Source of the DNA: Chiloscyllium plagiosum
Taxonomy: Eukaryota
Assembly (NCBI RefSeq): GCF_004010195.1
Contig: NC_057749.1
Location: 11,946,839-11,969,963 of the forward strand
Reading direction: 5' to 3'
DNA length: 23,125 bases
Numbering within the stretch: the stretch's first letter is position 1; every line of letters starts with the position of its first letter. Made by a program: the position numbers and the translations under genes. Below, piece after piece: positions 1 to 10,632 of the stretch. Under the pieces are notes generated by a model. It was not told the origin of the DNA. It worked only from the letters and a program-made list of their open reading frames with translations, and ran no database searches.

Positions 1-1170
1 GTCTACCCTGATTTAACAGTTTCAGTAGCTGGCCATTTAATTTCAGAAACAGCTACAGTACTTTCTGTATTTTGTTTGTATTTACCATGTTCCTTGTCTA
101 CTTCACCCAGAGAATATTAGACTGTTGGAAACTGGAGCCAAAAGAGGGACCAGAGACCAAGACAGGGAATAGGAGCCTGAGATGACTGCTCTCATTGCAA
201 ACAGCAAGATGGATGCTGCATATTTCCAACGTTTGCTTTTTGCACTTTATTCCTTTCACAGGTCACTCAATCCTCGAGAGTATTTGCAGTATTTTCTGTT
301 TTCCAAACCATCTTCAACTCAACCTCCACACATCCCGACCCTGGGAAAGTTACTGAGACATTCCCTCCCCTCTGCTGATCACAACTCGATTAGAGGTTAC
401 TGATGACTTCAGGTCATCATTTGCCCAAGTACAGGGAGATGTACAACCTTGGGAATAAGGTTCTACAAATCCTGCAACAGAAGTTTTAACCTCCTCCACA
501 ATCTGCTTTGATAAGGTACTTCTCCTACAGAGAAACACCCCAAGAAAACTGAGGGCGGAGCGGGGGGGGGGGTAACAGTGAATAGCAGACAGTAAGTAGT
601 AAGGGGTAGATACCAAAGAACACAGAGACTTGATGGATTTGTTGAAGTTGGGAAATTGTGTGGTCTATAGAAACTCCAGAGATAGAGGCAAAGAGATTAA
701 AAAAACAGAAGCTGATGGTAGAAGACAGGGAAGTAGAAGTACATGTATTCTGGAGCAACTGTGTGGGACTAAAGCGGGGAGTACAGCAGATTAGCATGAA
801 GACTAGGCATAGTAAAACCATAACAGGATCAAGAAAGGAGGATGTGGAACTTGATTTAAAGAACTAGCAGCAGATGGTGGCTTCACTAAAGTGCGTGGAG
901 GGAACCCAATCACAACACTTTGTCAGTTTGCATTTGAGTACAATATCCAAGTCTTTCTGCAAAGAAATGAGAATGATCTAAAAAGAGTCTGATCCAGGTT
1001 TAAAGGGGAATTCTCTGCCCCATTCTTCATGTTTCCATATTAAAGTTCAATTATCTTCTTTCTGACTGTACTAAAAGGAATTAGAATGTACGGCCACTGA
1101 AGTGGAAACTAGCTCCAGATTTAAGTACAGATTCTCAGGGTTTGAGAGTCAGATGTGAGGGCTCACTCAC

Positions 1171-1422
1171 CATTTTCCCAATCATCATCACATAGGGTCC
1201 CAGGTACTTGTTGACACCAAAGATGTCAAGGACACGGATATACCAGATGATAATATCCACACAGTAGATGACACGACCATAGCTCATATAGGGTTGACTC
1301 TGGAGCCGCAGTAACACACCACAGCTGAAGATAGCAATTGCCACCATGTCAGTGACATTCCAGTATTCCTGCATCCACACTTTCACCTTCTGCCTCAGTT
1401 TACTTGGCTCTGACATCAGAAT
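1171..1422 (-). CDS. TRPM1: TRPM1 coding exon, [25 protein letters not shown]...[22 protein letters not shown] (S3-S4-linker)
   Basis: 252 nt, phase 0/0; acceptor atttag, donor gtgagt; the next exon was not found in 1-1170, so the gene continues beyond the window. Confidence 0.94.
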
Positions 1423-1520
1423 CTAAATTTAAAAATAAATTAACAAGAATGGAATTTGTTATTACCCAATAGGCATAAACATGTCATCTCCAATTTCTGT
1501 GGTGTGTTTGATGTAGTACA

Positions 1521-2272
1521 TATGAGCATACAAATTAGATGCAACAGTAGATCATTTGGTCCCTCAAGCCTTCTCTGTCATTCAATAGGATCACGGCTGA
1601 TCGATTATTCCAGATTCCCACCTCATCCTAAATAACCACAAACCTGCTTTCTCTGCCTTAAAAACATTCAAATATCTTGCTTCCTCCACCTTTTGAAGAA
1701 GGGAGTCTGAAAGTGTCATGACACTGAGGAAAGTTTTTGCCTCATCTCTGTCTTGAATGGATGACCCCTTAATTTAAACAGTGTCCTTACATCTAAATGC
1801 TCTTATAAGAAGAAACATCCTTGACACGTCATTCTTGTCAAGTTCCCTCAGGATCTTATACATTTGAATCAAATTGCCTCTTACTCTTCGAAACTCTGGC
1901 GCACAAGGGCTGGTCTGTCCAAACTTTCTTTATAAGATAATCCATTCATAGCTATCAGTTCAAATATTAGTCTGATAAACATTCTCAGAACTGCTTCTAA
2001 CACATTTTCACCCTGCCTTAAATAAGGAGACTAATACTGTACACAATATTCCCCTATACAACTGAATCATAACCTTCTTACTTTTGTGTTCTATTCCCCT
2101 CACAATAAGCATTAACATTCTATTAACTTTCCTAATTACTTGCTGTACCTGTATCTTAACCTTTTGTGAACCATGCACTAAGACACTCATATCCCTCTGT
2201 AATTACTCGCCATTTAGATAATAGAATTCATTTTTATTCTTGCCAAAATGGAAAATTTCATATTTTCCCATC
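1521..2272 (-). mobile_element. CR1 LINE 3' fragment (decayed ORF2 C-terminus and 3' UTR)
   Basis: ORF 2008-2190 (QVIRKVNRMLMLIVRGIEHKSKKVMIQLYR) is CR1 ORF2-like; the left end is the reverse complement of a CR1-type 3' tail like those near 8600 and 17150. Confidence 0.8.
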
Positions 2273-2639
2273 TTCCTTATGACAGATACTAAACTAACTG
2301 GCCTGTAGGTACCTGATTTTGATCGTTCTCCTGTGAGGAATATTCATAGTAATGCTATTATTGTGATACCGGTTCCTAAAGTAGACTTCAAAGTGGCATT
2401 TTAAAAAGACCCTTGAGGTAAATAGTTCATTGCTTTGGGAAAAATAAAGTAGAAGAAAGAAAAAAAAGGGGCTATTAACTCGAAACAAAGACAGAACCAA
2501 GTTTCCTTTTAGAAAAAACAAATCAATTCAGAAAGTTAGAGAATGAACAGGCTTCTTTTAGAGAGAAGCACACCATTCAAAGGGAAAAGCCTACAACATC
2601 AGTAATGCTGTTTGACAGTCTTCAAAACAGTCAGGGCAG

Positions 2640-3748
2640 AACACAGAACAGTATAGCAAAGGAACTAGCTCTTCAGCTCACCATGTATGCACTGACTATG
2701 ATGCTATTTTAAACCAATCACACCTACCTGCTCACAATCCATAATCGCTCTATCCCTTGCCTGCTCATGTGTCTGTCTCAATGCATGTTAAACATTGCTA
2801 ACATATCTGCGTCTACCACCTCCCCTGGCAGGACATTCCAGGCACCTTACATTCTGTGCAAAAAATTTGCCTCACACACCATCTTTAAACTTTCCACTTC
2901 TCACCTTAAACCCACGTCCCCTAGTTTCCACCCTGGGAAAAAAGACTCCAACTATCCACCCACCTATGTCTCCCACAAAGTTATATACTGCAACCAGGTT
3001 GCCCTCAGCCTCCAATGCTCTAATGAAAACAATCCAAGTTTGTCCAATCTCTCTAGCTAATACACTCCAATCCAGGCAATATCCTGGTAAATCTCTTTTG
3101 CATTGTTCTTACAGTGTGGTGATCAGAACTGTGCACAATACTCCAAATATGCCTTAACTGAATCTTTATACAGTTGCTACACGACTTACCAACTTTTATA
3201 CTCAGTGCCCACACTGTTGAAGGCAATCATGATATATGCCTGCTTTACGACCATATCCAGTTGTGCTTCCGCTTTCAGGAAGCGATGGACATGCACCCCA
3301 AGATCCCTCTATATATCAACGCTCCTTTAGGGTCCTGACTTTTGCTGCCCTTTCCAAATGCGAGTAAATCATGTTCCTAAAGATCCTCTCCAATAATTTC
3401 CCGATCACTAATGTAAGGTTCATTGGCCTATAACTGCCTAGATTATCCCATTGCCCTTTTTAAACAATGGGAACTACAATGGTTATTCTCCAATTTTCTG
3501 GGACCTTGCCTACGGCGAAAAAGAATATAAAAATCTCTATTGAGCTCCCAGAAATCTCCTCTCTTCCCTCCTCCAGTGTATGGGATCAATCCCATCAGGC
3601 CCTCGGGACTTAGCTTACTGCTTTTCAAGACACCGAACAACGCCAATGCCAACGCCAACACCAACGCCACTTCCTCCTCCTCCTCCTTAATATTGACATG
3701 CCCTAGAATGTTAACATAACCCTCTCCAATCATACCATCATTCATGTC
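2640..3748 (-). mobile_element. CR1 LINE 3' fragment with internal deletion
   Basis: Reverse complement resembles the plus-strand CR1 copies (LDKLGLFSLE, YCAQFWSP motifs); many stops and frameshifts. Confidence 0.78.
3638..3686 (+). repeat. Imperfect (CAACGC)n hexamer run followed by (TCC)n
   Basis: caacgccaatgccaacgccaacaccaacgcca then ttcctcctcctcctcc. Confidence 0.8.
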
Positions 3749-4318
3749 CTTATAACTTAAGTCCTGATTGGCTTACAAGTTAGTAAGTGAAACACTCCAG
3801 AAACAGAATGATTTAAAATGCCAAATTAAGATTTCCTACAAGATTGTTCTATGCATAAGTTTAAGGAACACGTTAAGAAGCATGTGAGCCATTTTAGTGG
3901 TTTGTTTAAAGGACCCATGAAGAGGCATTAACTAATGATGATAGCATTGAGCAAATGCAGATATTTACCAGAGAGCAGCAACTGCAGGTGCACCCACTAA
4001 ACAAGGAACTTAAAATGCAGGCAGGTTAACCCTTCACTGTGAGTTGAGTATCTATAAGGCTGTTGTTGAGGGTAAAAGGTAGAATTTTTGTTTCTGATAT
4101 TTGTAATAATATTGATTCAAATTGTCCTGAAATTACGTAAAATTATTTTCTTTAATATTTCTGTCTTATTAACTTTGATGTTTTTTTCTTGAAAGTATAC
4201 TGACAGTCTCTTGTGAATATGTTCAGTGATTAACCATGGTACACAAATTGAAAACATAAAACTATGGGTCTATTCAGTCAGATTTCTCTCTACAACCTGA
4301 CTTGTCCATAATTAACTT

Positions 4319-4412
4319 CAGAGCTGAAAAATGTGTTGCTGGAAAAGCGCAGCAGGTCAGACAGCATCTAAGGAGCAGGAGAATCGCGCTTCGGGCATAA
4401 GCCCTTCATCAG
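4319..4412 (-). mobile_element. Short Penelope-like insert, family A, with degenerate minimal hammerhead
   Basis: Minus strand reads CTGATGA A GGGC TTAT GCCC GAAGCGC gattctcctgctcc...; body matches the copies at 10180, 10527 and 18640. Confidence 0.75.
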
Positions 4413-4439
4413 TTAGGATCGTCAAACTCCCTTTTTGAA

Positions 4440-5360
4440 CAAAGGAATGGAAACATTCTAATGGAAACTTCCCTAAAGGAAATGCTAAGAGAATTCTGGA
4501 AAATTAAAATCAATGCATCAGCTATTGCACTAGCCATTTCTTTTAAAACCCTAGGATGTAGTCCATCATGACCTAGGGGCTTGTCAAGCCACAGTTCCAA
4601 CAATTGCTCAGTACTTCTTCTCTGATGATTATCATTATCTTTAATTCCTCCCTCCCTTCCATTTCCTGATATGGGATGTTACTGGATTTCTTTATAGTGA
4701 AACCTGTTGCAAAATAATAATTCGTGTACAAGCCCTTTATTTTCCATTGTTAATTTCCCAGACTCACTAGTTATTATCCAATGTTAACTTTAAAAACTCT
4801 TTTTTGTTTTTAAATATCTATATTGGTTCTTACTGTTTCTTTTGATGTTTCTAGCGAGTTTTTTCTCATTCTCTATTTTTTCCATCTTCATTGATCTTTT
4901 TCATGGGGCAGCACGGTGGCTCAGTGGTTGCCTTGGGCAACTGTCTGTGTGGAGTATGCACATTCTCCCTGTGCCTGCATAGGTTTCCTCTGGGTGCTCT
5001 GGTTTTCTCCCAGAATTTGAAGATGTACAGGTTAGGTGAATTGGCCATGCTAAATTGCCCATGTGTAGGTTAGGGGCATTAGTCGTGGTAAATATAAGAT
5101 GATAGGGTAGGGGTCTGGGTGGGTTACTCTTCGGAGGGTCGGTGTAGACTTGTTTGGCTGAAGTGCCTGTTTCTACTCTGTAGGGATTCTAATTCTAAAG
5201 CTATAGGTAATATTTTAAAATTTTATTTAACCTGCTCTTTTTTTATATTCTGTCCAATCTCCTTCCACCTGAATTTGTTCAATTATCTACCTTTTCATTA
5301 AGTTTGATGTTGTCTTTAACCTTCTTCATTATTCACAGATGGTGAATCATCCTCTTGGAA
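4440..5360 (-). mobile_element. CR1 LINE ORF2 internal fragment, interrupted by a SINE
   Basis: ORF 4409-4603 DGLHPRVLKEMASAIADALILIFQNSL matches DGMHPRVLKEMVGEIASVFVVIFQNLL in ORF 15676; the extent beyond the SINE is approximate. Confidence 0.7.
4905..5197 (+). mobile_element. tRNA-derived HE1/V-SINE-like element with deletion in the tRNA head
   Basis: ggggcagcacggtggctcagtggtt (A box) joins directly to the central domain; ends ...ctgtagggattcta; homologous to the 6947 and 17741 copies. Confidence 0.82.
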
Positions 5361-5481
5361 TTTTTCTTGTAAAGACAGAGGGGGTGGATCCTAAAAGTAT
5401 GCATACAAATGGGACAGGTTTCTCAGAGTCCTTACAGAAAATTACTGGAGTTTAATAGACCGAATGAAACCATCAATGGAT

Positions 5482-5650
5482 TAGTGACCTTTCACTTCAG
5501 CTGATGACCATTCTGCTACATCCTTTGACTTCTCCTGTGGTCAGTGATCTTTAACCCCCAAGACATATACTGCCCCAAAACTGACCTCTCCAACTGACCA
5601 GTGTCACTCCCTCCAAAACCAGTGACCTTTCTGCATGGTCAATGACATTT
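5482..5650. repeat. Degenerate minisatellite, period about 20 bp (core cagtgacct)
   Basis: TGAC/TGAT-like cores at 5485, 5505, 5526, 5545, 5582, 5602, 5623, 5643. Confidence 0.55.
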
Positions 5651-5782
5651 TCCCAAAGTTACTCTTCCCCTTTACATTCTCCCCTGTTAAGGTTAAAAGT
5701 ACAGAAATAGAGATCCCCATTTTGGGGATACCATAACTGAAAGCTCAAATTTGAAAATAATAAAATGATATGGCTTTCTCAC

Positions 5783-5911
5783 CTCCCTGATTTTCTCAAT
5801 AGCCAACATCAAAATATATGAGATGAGAATCCATTCTGCAATCGAGGGCAAGCCATCCATCTTCACCAGTATTACATAGTTGTAGAGCAGCAAGTAAGCA
5901 AGATATGCCAT
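5783..5911 (-). CDS. TRPM1: TRPM1 coding exon, [43 protein letters not shown] (S1-S2)
   Basis: 129 nt, phase 0/0; acceptor ccacag, donor gtgaga; hydrophobic helices ending in EKIRE. Confidence 0.93.
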
Positions 5912-6479
5912 CTGTGGAAGAATGGACAAAGATGCTTTTTGAATAAGGAGTATTTATAATTTCACAGGGCGTACAAAGATCAATAAGTGTATTTGCAAGC
6001 TGAAATATCAGAGGGAGTGGAACTGTATCAATAAAGACCAGTGCAAGCACAACTGACTGAATCAGCTCCTTCTGTACTATACAATTCCATTAAAATATCT
6101 AAAGCAGAATTTCAAAATATCATAATTCGAAAATAAAGTGATTAGGATAAGGGCTTATGAGGGGCAAGCACTTCTGCAATTTTCTGATGGATTAACATTC
6201 CCACATTCCACAAATCCTCAATCCCTTGTCCACAATATTATAGCATCTTGCTATACAGGAGGCCATTCAGCCCATTGTGCCAGTCTGTGAGTTATCAATT
6301 AGTCCGACACCATTATCTTTCCTCATGGTCATGCTAAATTTTCCTTTTCAAGTGTCATCTGAGTCCCTGATGGAATATACCCCTACACATTCTTGAAGCG
6401 ACGCATAGCACTAATACAAAGAATAGTAAGTCAATGAGTGAAGTTGGAGCAGGAGAGAAAGCGCCAAAAGTCTAAATCA

Positions 6480-6630
6480 AGGTTACTCTGCATACATGCA
6501 TAGGGTCTAGTCAAGAAGTTTGGGGAATTACATGCGCATACTCTCAAGTAGAAATATGATGACATCACTGTAACAGAGATCTGGCTCAGGGAAGGGCAAG
6601 GCTGGTGTTAAATATTCCTTGGTACAAGGT
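6480..6630 (+). mobile_element. CR1 ORF2 N-terminal APE endonuclease fragment
   Basis: Decayed YD.I.VTEIWLREGQGW...NIPWYK motif, similar to 9800-9960 and 22945-23125. Confidence 0.6.
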
Positions 6631-6694
6631 AAGAATCCATTTGGCTAGGTAAGTCATCCATCTTCCCCATAGTTGCAAAGCAGCAAGTGATAAA

Positions 6695-6892
6695 AGGAGA
6701 CTGAGGGGTGACATTATAGAAGGTTATAAAATCATGAGAGGCATCAGTAGGGTGAATAGCCAAGGTGTTTTCCCAGGGTAGGGAAGTCCAGAACTAGAGA
6801 GCAGAATGTAAGGTGAGAGGGGGAAGATTTAAAAAGGACTGGAGGGACAACGTTTTCCACTCAGAGGGTGATGCATGTACAGAACAAGCTGC
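6695..6892 (+). mobile_element. CR1 ORF2 C-terminal fragment
   Basis: gagactgaggggtgacattatagaaggttataaaatcatgagaggc resembles 12220-12265 (RRL.GDL..VYKIMR). Confidence 0.72.
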
Positions 6893-6946
6893 TAATTATA
6901 TTGCTTGGTGTAGGATTTCTTTTTCTTTCATTCATGGGATGTACGT

Positions 6947-7267
6947 GGGGTGGCATGGTGGCTCAGTGGCTGGCACTGCTGCCTTACAGTGTCAGGGACC
7001 CAGATCCGATTCCATCCTCAAGTGACTGCTTGTGTGGAGTCTCCACGTTTTTCTTTGGGTCTATGTGGGTTTCTGCTGGGTATTCCTGTTTCCTCCCACA
7101 GTCCAAAAATGTGCAGGTTAGATGGACTGGCCATGCTAAATTTCCCTGAGTGTTCACAGATGTGCAGGCTAGGTGGATTAGCCAATATAAATATGGCTGG
7201 GAAGGTCTTCAGAGGGTCAGTGTAGACTCCATGGGCCAAATGGCTTCTTCACTGTAGGGATTCTATG
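6947..7267 (+). mobile_element. HE1/V-SINE-like element, full length
   Basis: tRNA-like head ggtggctcagtggctggcactgctgccttacagtgtcagggaccc; central domain; tail cactgtagggattctatg. Confidence 0.83.
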
Positions 7268-7276
7268 TTTTATGTC

Positions 7277-7399
7277 TTATGATCACCTGATGAAGCTCCG
7301 AAAGCTAGTGTGCTTCCAATTAAACCTGTTGGACTATAACCTGGTGTTGTGTGATTTTTAACTTTATACACCCCAGTCCAACACCGGCATCTCCGAATC
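7277..7399 (+). mobile_element. Short Penelope-like insert, family B, with 12-bp target-site duplication
   Basis: ATGTTTTATGTC at 7265-7276 and 7400-7411 flanks the insert; hammerhead-like core at the 5' end; body unrelated to family A. Confidence 0.72.
7284..7310 (+). ncRNA. Minimal type-I hammerhead ribozyme-like motif (stem II collapsed)
   Basis: CAC CTGATGA AGCTCC GAA AGCT A GTG: stem I CAC/GTG, palindromic AGCT replacing stem III, predicted CUA cleavage triplet. Confidence 0.6.
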
Positions 7400-7984
7400 A
7401 TGTTTTATGTCGGCTTTGCTGTCTTGCTAGAGCCATTTCAGAGGGCATTGAAAAGTCAATTGCTGTAGGTATGTTCTCACATATATGCCAGATCAGGTAA
7501 GGATGGCAGAGTTCCTTCCTGAAAGGAACACCGGTGAACCAAATTGGTATTTATGACAATCAACAGTGATCACATGGTTGCCATTAGTCTAGTATTTCAT
7601 TCTAGTTTTTTTACTGTATTCAAATGTCATCATCTATCAAGGTGGATTTGAACCATGACCTCAGAGCATTAACCTGGGTTTCTGATTTACTATTAAAGTG
7701 ATACTACCACTATGTCACCATCTCCCCACTTCTTGGGGATGAAGTGTGCCAAGTGGATCAAGTGTCAACGAGGAAACATTGAGGAGACAGTGTTTATTGT
7801 ATCACAATGTTAGGATGACAGTAGGAAAGAACAACCACCCAGAGTAACAATAACTAATTGTGGGTCAACTGACTCTATTGGGATCAGCAAGGAGTCTTCT
7901 TTGGCACGTTAATAGTGAAAGGAGGGAAGGAAGAGAAATAGAGGATGTTGATCCTACTCAGACTATAGTGATAGAAGAGGTAAG

Positions 7985-8620
7985 TCTACATTAGGAAGGA
8001 TTCAAAATTAATGAGGAATTACTGATTAGCCTGACAGTATTTCAAGTTGATAAAAGACCGGATGAATACAGTACACCAAGGATATTGAAGGAAGTGAGAG
8101 TGAAAATTGATGAGGTACTGGCCATAAACTTTCACTCAAGAGAAGTTCCCAGAGAGCCAGACAATTACAAATTACATCCTTGTTCAAAAAGGTTGTAAGC
8201 AGAAGTCCAGTAACCACAGGCCTACCAGTTTAACCTCAATGGAAGGGAGGCTTCTATAATTTGTATTCAGAAGAATGAGAAGTGACCCTATTGAAACATA
8301 AATTTCTGAGCAGAGTTGACAGGATGGATATTAAAAGGATGTTTTCGCTTGAGGGAGAGATGAAGGGATACAGTTAAAAATATGGCGATGAGGAGAATTT
8401 TCTTTCCCTCAGAGGATCTTGAGTCTGCGAAATTCTCTTCCCCAGATAGCTTTTAATATTTTAAAAGCATAATTAGATAGTATCTTGAACAACAAGAGAG
8501 TCAAAGGGTGTAGGAACTCGGTGACAAAGTGGAGTTGAAGCCATAGTCAGATCAACCATCATCATATTGACTGGCACAGCAGGCTCAAGGGACTGAATGA
8601 TCCACTCCTGCTCTTAATTC
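7985..8620 (+). mobile_element. CR1 LINE fragment with internal deletions and 3' UTR
   Basis: Decayed RILKEVRVKI / VTSLFKKG motifs; 3' end ...ggctcaagggactgaatgatccactcctgctcttaattc. Confidence 0.7.
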
Positions 8621-8621
8621 A

Positions 8622-8918
8622 ATTTTTTTCATCATTCATGAGATGTTGGCATCGCTGGCTATCCCTAGTTCCCCTGATGGCAGTTGACTCTAAACATTGT
8701 TGTGGGTATGGAATCAGATTCAGGCCAGAACAAGGAAGAAAGGCAGATTTCCTTCTCTAAAGGATATTAATGAACCACATGGGTTTTTAATTATTTTTAA
8801 GATCAGACTTTATATTGAGTTCAAATTTTACCATCTGCCATGGTGGGATTCAAACCCATTTGCTGAGAATGTTAGCTTCAGGTTTGAGATTACTAGTCCA
8901 GTGACATTACCACTGCCT
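8622..8918 (-). mobile_element. Deu-domain SINE (SacSINE1-like)
   Basis: Reverse-complement homolog of 13505-13840 and same orientation as 7412-7727 (ttcaaattttaccatctgcca, ggcagatttccttc). Confidence 0.72.
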
Positions 8919-10113
8919 AGTAGCTAATAGATTTAGAGAAGTGATTACACAGCAGGATCAGTCAGATAATTGGGTGACTGTCAGGAAAGGTAAGAAGGTA
9001 TTTCAGAAGTCTGTATGGTTATTCCTCTGTCAAACAGATACTCAGTTTTGGGTACTGTTGAATAGAATAGTCTCTTAGAGGAAAATACAAGAGACAGTCA
9101 GATCTTGGGCACAAGGGATGAATGTTACGTTAGGCTGGGGTTTGACAAAATTTAAAAGAATAATTGTTATGGGGACTGTTCTATCAAGAGCACAGACAGA
9201 AGATTCTGTGAACGTGTGCATGAATCTGGGATAGAATGATGCATTCCTGGTGCGAGGATTAAGGACATCTCAAAATGTTTGAAGCACATTGTTACAGGGG
9301 AGAGTTAGAAACTAGAAATGATTGTATACATCGGTAGGAATGACATAGGGAAAAGATAAAGGCTTTACAGAGTAAATATAAAAGGTTAGGTAGAAGATTA
9401 AAAAACAGAACTCAAAAGTAGTAATCTCTGGTTTACTCCTGGTGCCAAACTCAAATGAGGGAAAGAATAAAAGGATAATGGAAATAAATCAACGATTGAA
9501 GAGATGGTGCAATGCTCAAGGATTTGGGTTCTTAGATCATTAGAATCTCTTCTGGGGCAGAAAAAAAACCTGATCAAAAAGAATAGGTTTCACCTGTACT
9601 AGAAAAGAATGAATATCCCAGTGGGAAGATTTACTAATTCTATTAAAGGAGATTGTAAACTATGAGAGAAATGGGGTGGAGGGATCCTAAGTAGCAGAGT
9701 AAATAGAAAGATGGATGAGTTTGACTCAGAAAAGAACAAATTAATTAGAAAAGACAGACAAGAGCAAGTCAGTGAACAATGTAACTCTGAAGAATTAAAC
9801 TGAATTTATTTCAATGCAAGGAGTCTTATAGGTAAGGCTGGTGAAGTCAGGGTATGTTTGGGATCATAAGATTGGGACATTATAGCTATTATGAAACCTT
9901 GACTGAGGGATGGGCAGGACTGGCAGCTCAATATTCCAGGTTTCAGATGCTATAGGAAGGATAGTCAGGGAGGCAAAACAGGAGTAGAGATGGTGTTTTT
10001 GATGAAAGAAAACATCCCTGCTGTAACTAGAAAAGATATTTCTGAAAAATGATCCTGTGAAAATGAGTTGAAATTAGAAATTAAAAAAAAGGAATGATCA
10101 CCTTGCTGGGATT

Positions 10114-10273
10114 AGGAGACAGTGAGCTCTGCAGATGCTGGAGATCAGAATTGAGAGTGTGTTGCTGGAAAAGGTTTTCCTGATGAAGGGCTCGGCCCGA
10201 AACGTCGATTTTCCTGCTCCTCGGATGCTGCCTGACCTGCTGTGCTTTTCCAGCAACATACTCTCAACCTCGA
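10114..10273. mobile_element. Penelope-like family A insert with inverted arm
   Basis: 10114-10173 is the family 3' end in minus orientation; 10178-10270 is a plus-strand copy with the hammerhead; TGGGATT repeated at 10107-10113 and 10274-10280. Confidence 0.78.
10178..10208 (+). ncRNA. Minimal type-I hammerhead ribozyme motif (core intact)
   Basis: CTGATGA (10180-10186) A GGGC-TCG-GCCC GAA ACGT C (10206): complete core, 4-bp GC stem II, palindromic ACGT, GUC cleavage triplet; stem I only about 2 bp. Confidence 0.72.
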
Positions 10274-10526
10274 TGGGATTGTCCAATTGACCCCCTTCCC
10301 CAGTAGTTAGAGTGAAATTGAGAAACAAAAAATGTAGAGATCTCAGATATATGTAAGATTAATAAGGTGGTAAAAGGTGATTTTAACTTTCTAAACATTG
10401 ACTGGGATTACCATAGTGTTAAAGGTTTGCATGGGGAAGAATTTGTTAAATATATTAAAAAAAAATTCCTTTATCAATATGTAAATGTTTCTACTAGAGA
10501 AACATTATTGCCTTAATAAGACAGGG

Positions 10527-10632
10527 ACCGAAACGTCGATTCTCCTGTTCCTTGGATGCTGCCTGACCTGCTGCGCTTTTCCAGCAACACATTTTCAGCT
10601 CTGATCTCCAGCATCTGCAGCCCTCACTTTCT
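10527..10632 (+). mobile_element. 5'-truncated Penelope-like family A insert with 15-bp target-site duplication
   Basis: CTTAATAAGACAGGG at 10512-10526 and 10633-10647; insert starts aCCGAAACGTC (3' half of the hammerhead) and ends cctcactttct. Confidence 0.82.

Larger units (their letters stand above)
6918..7727 (-). mobile_element. Deu-domain SINE (SacSINE1-like), split by nested HE1-like SINE and PLE inserts
   Basis: Minus-strand head ggggagatggtgacatagtgg...ggttcaaatcc (A/B boxes) at 7727-7645; Deu-like core near 7430-7530; tail ...catcccatgaatgaaagaaaa at 6918-6942. Confidence 0.7.

Noticed and set aside
400..419. CTGATGA within a 7-bp hairpin (TGATGAC/GTCATCA)
   Set aside because: No downstream GAAA or NUH; not a hammerhead. 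The same applies to CTGATGA at 4622 and 5501
1..1100. Short ORFs and a G-run; possible very old repeat
   Set aside because: No recognisable protein motif or TRPM1 exon; cannot be classified by eye
3750..4430. Possible decayed solo-LTR-like segment hosting the 4319 insert
   Set aside because: No clear TG...CA ends, TSD or second copy in the window
7811..7828. TGTCATCCTA match to miR-204 on the minus strand
   Set aside because: Only 10 nt, seed mismatched, no hairpin
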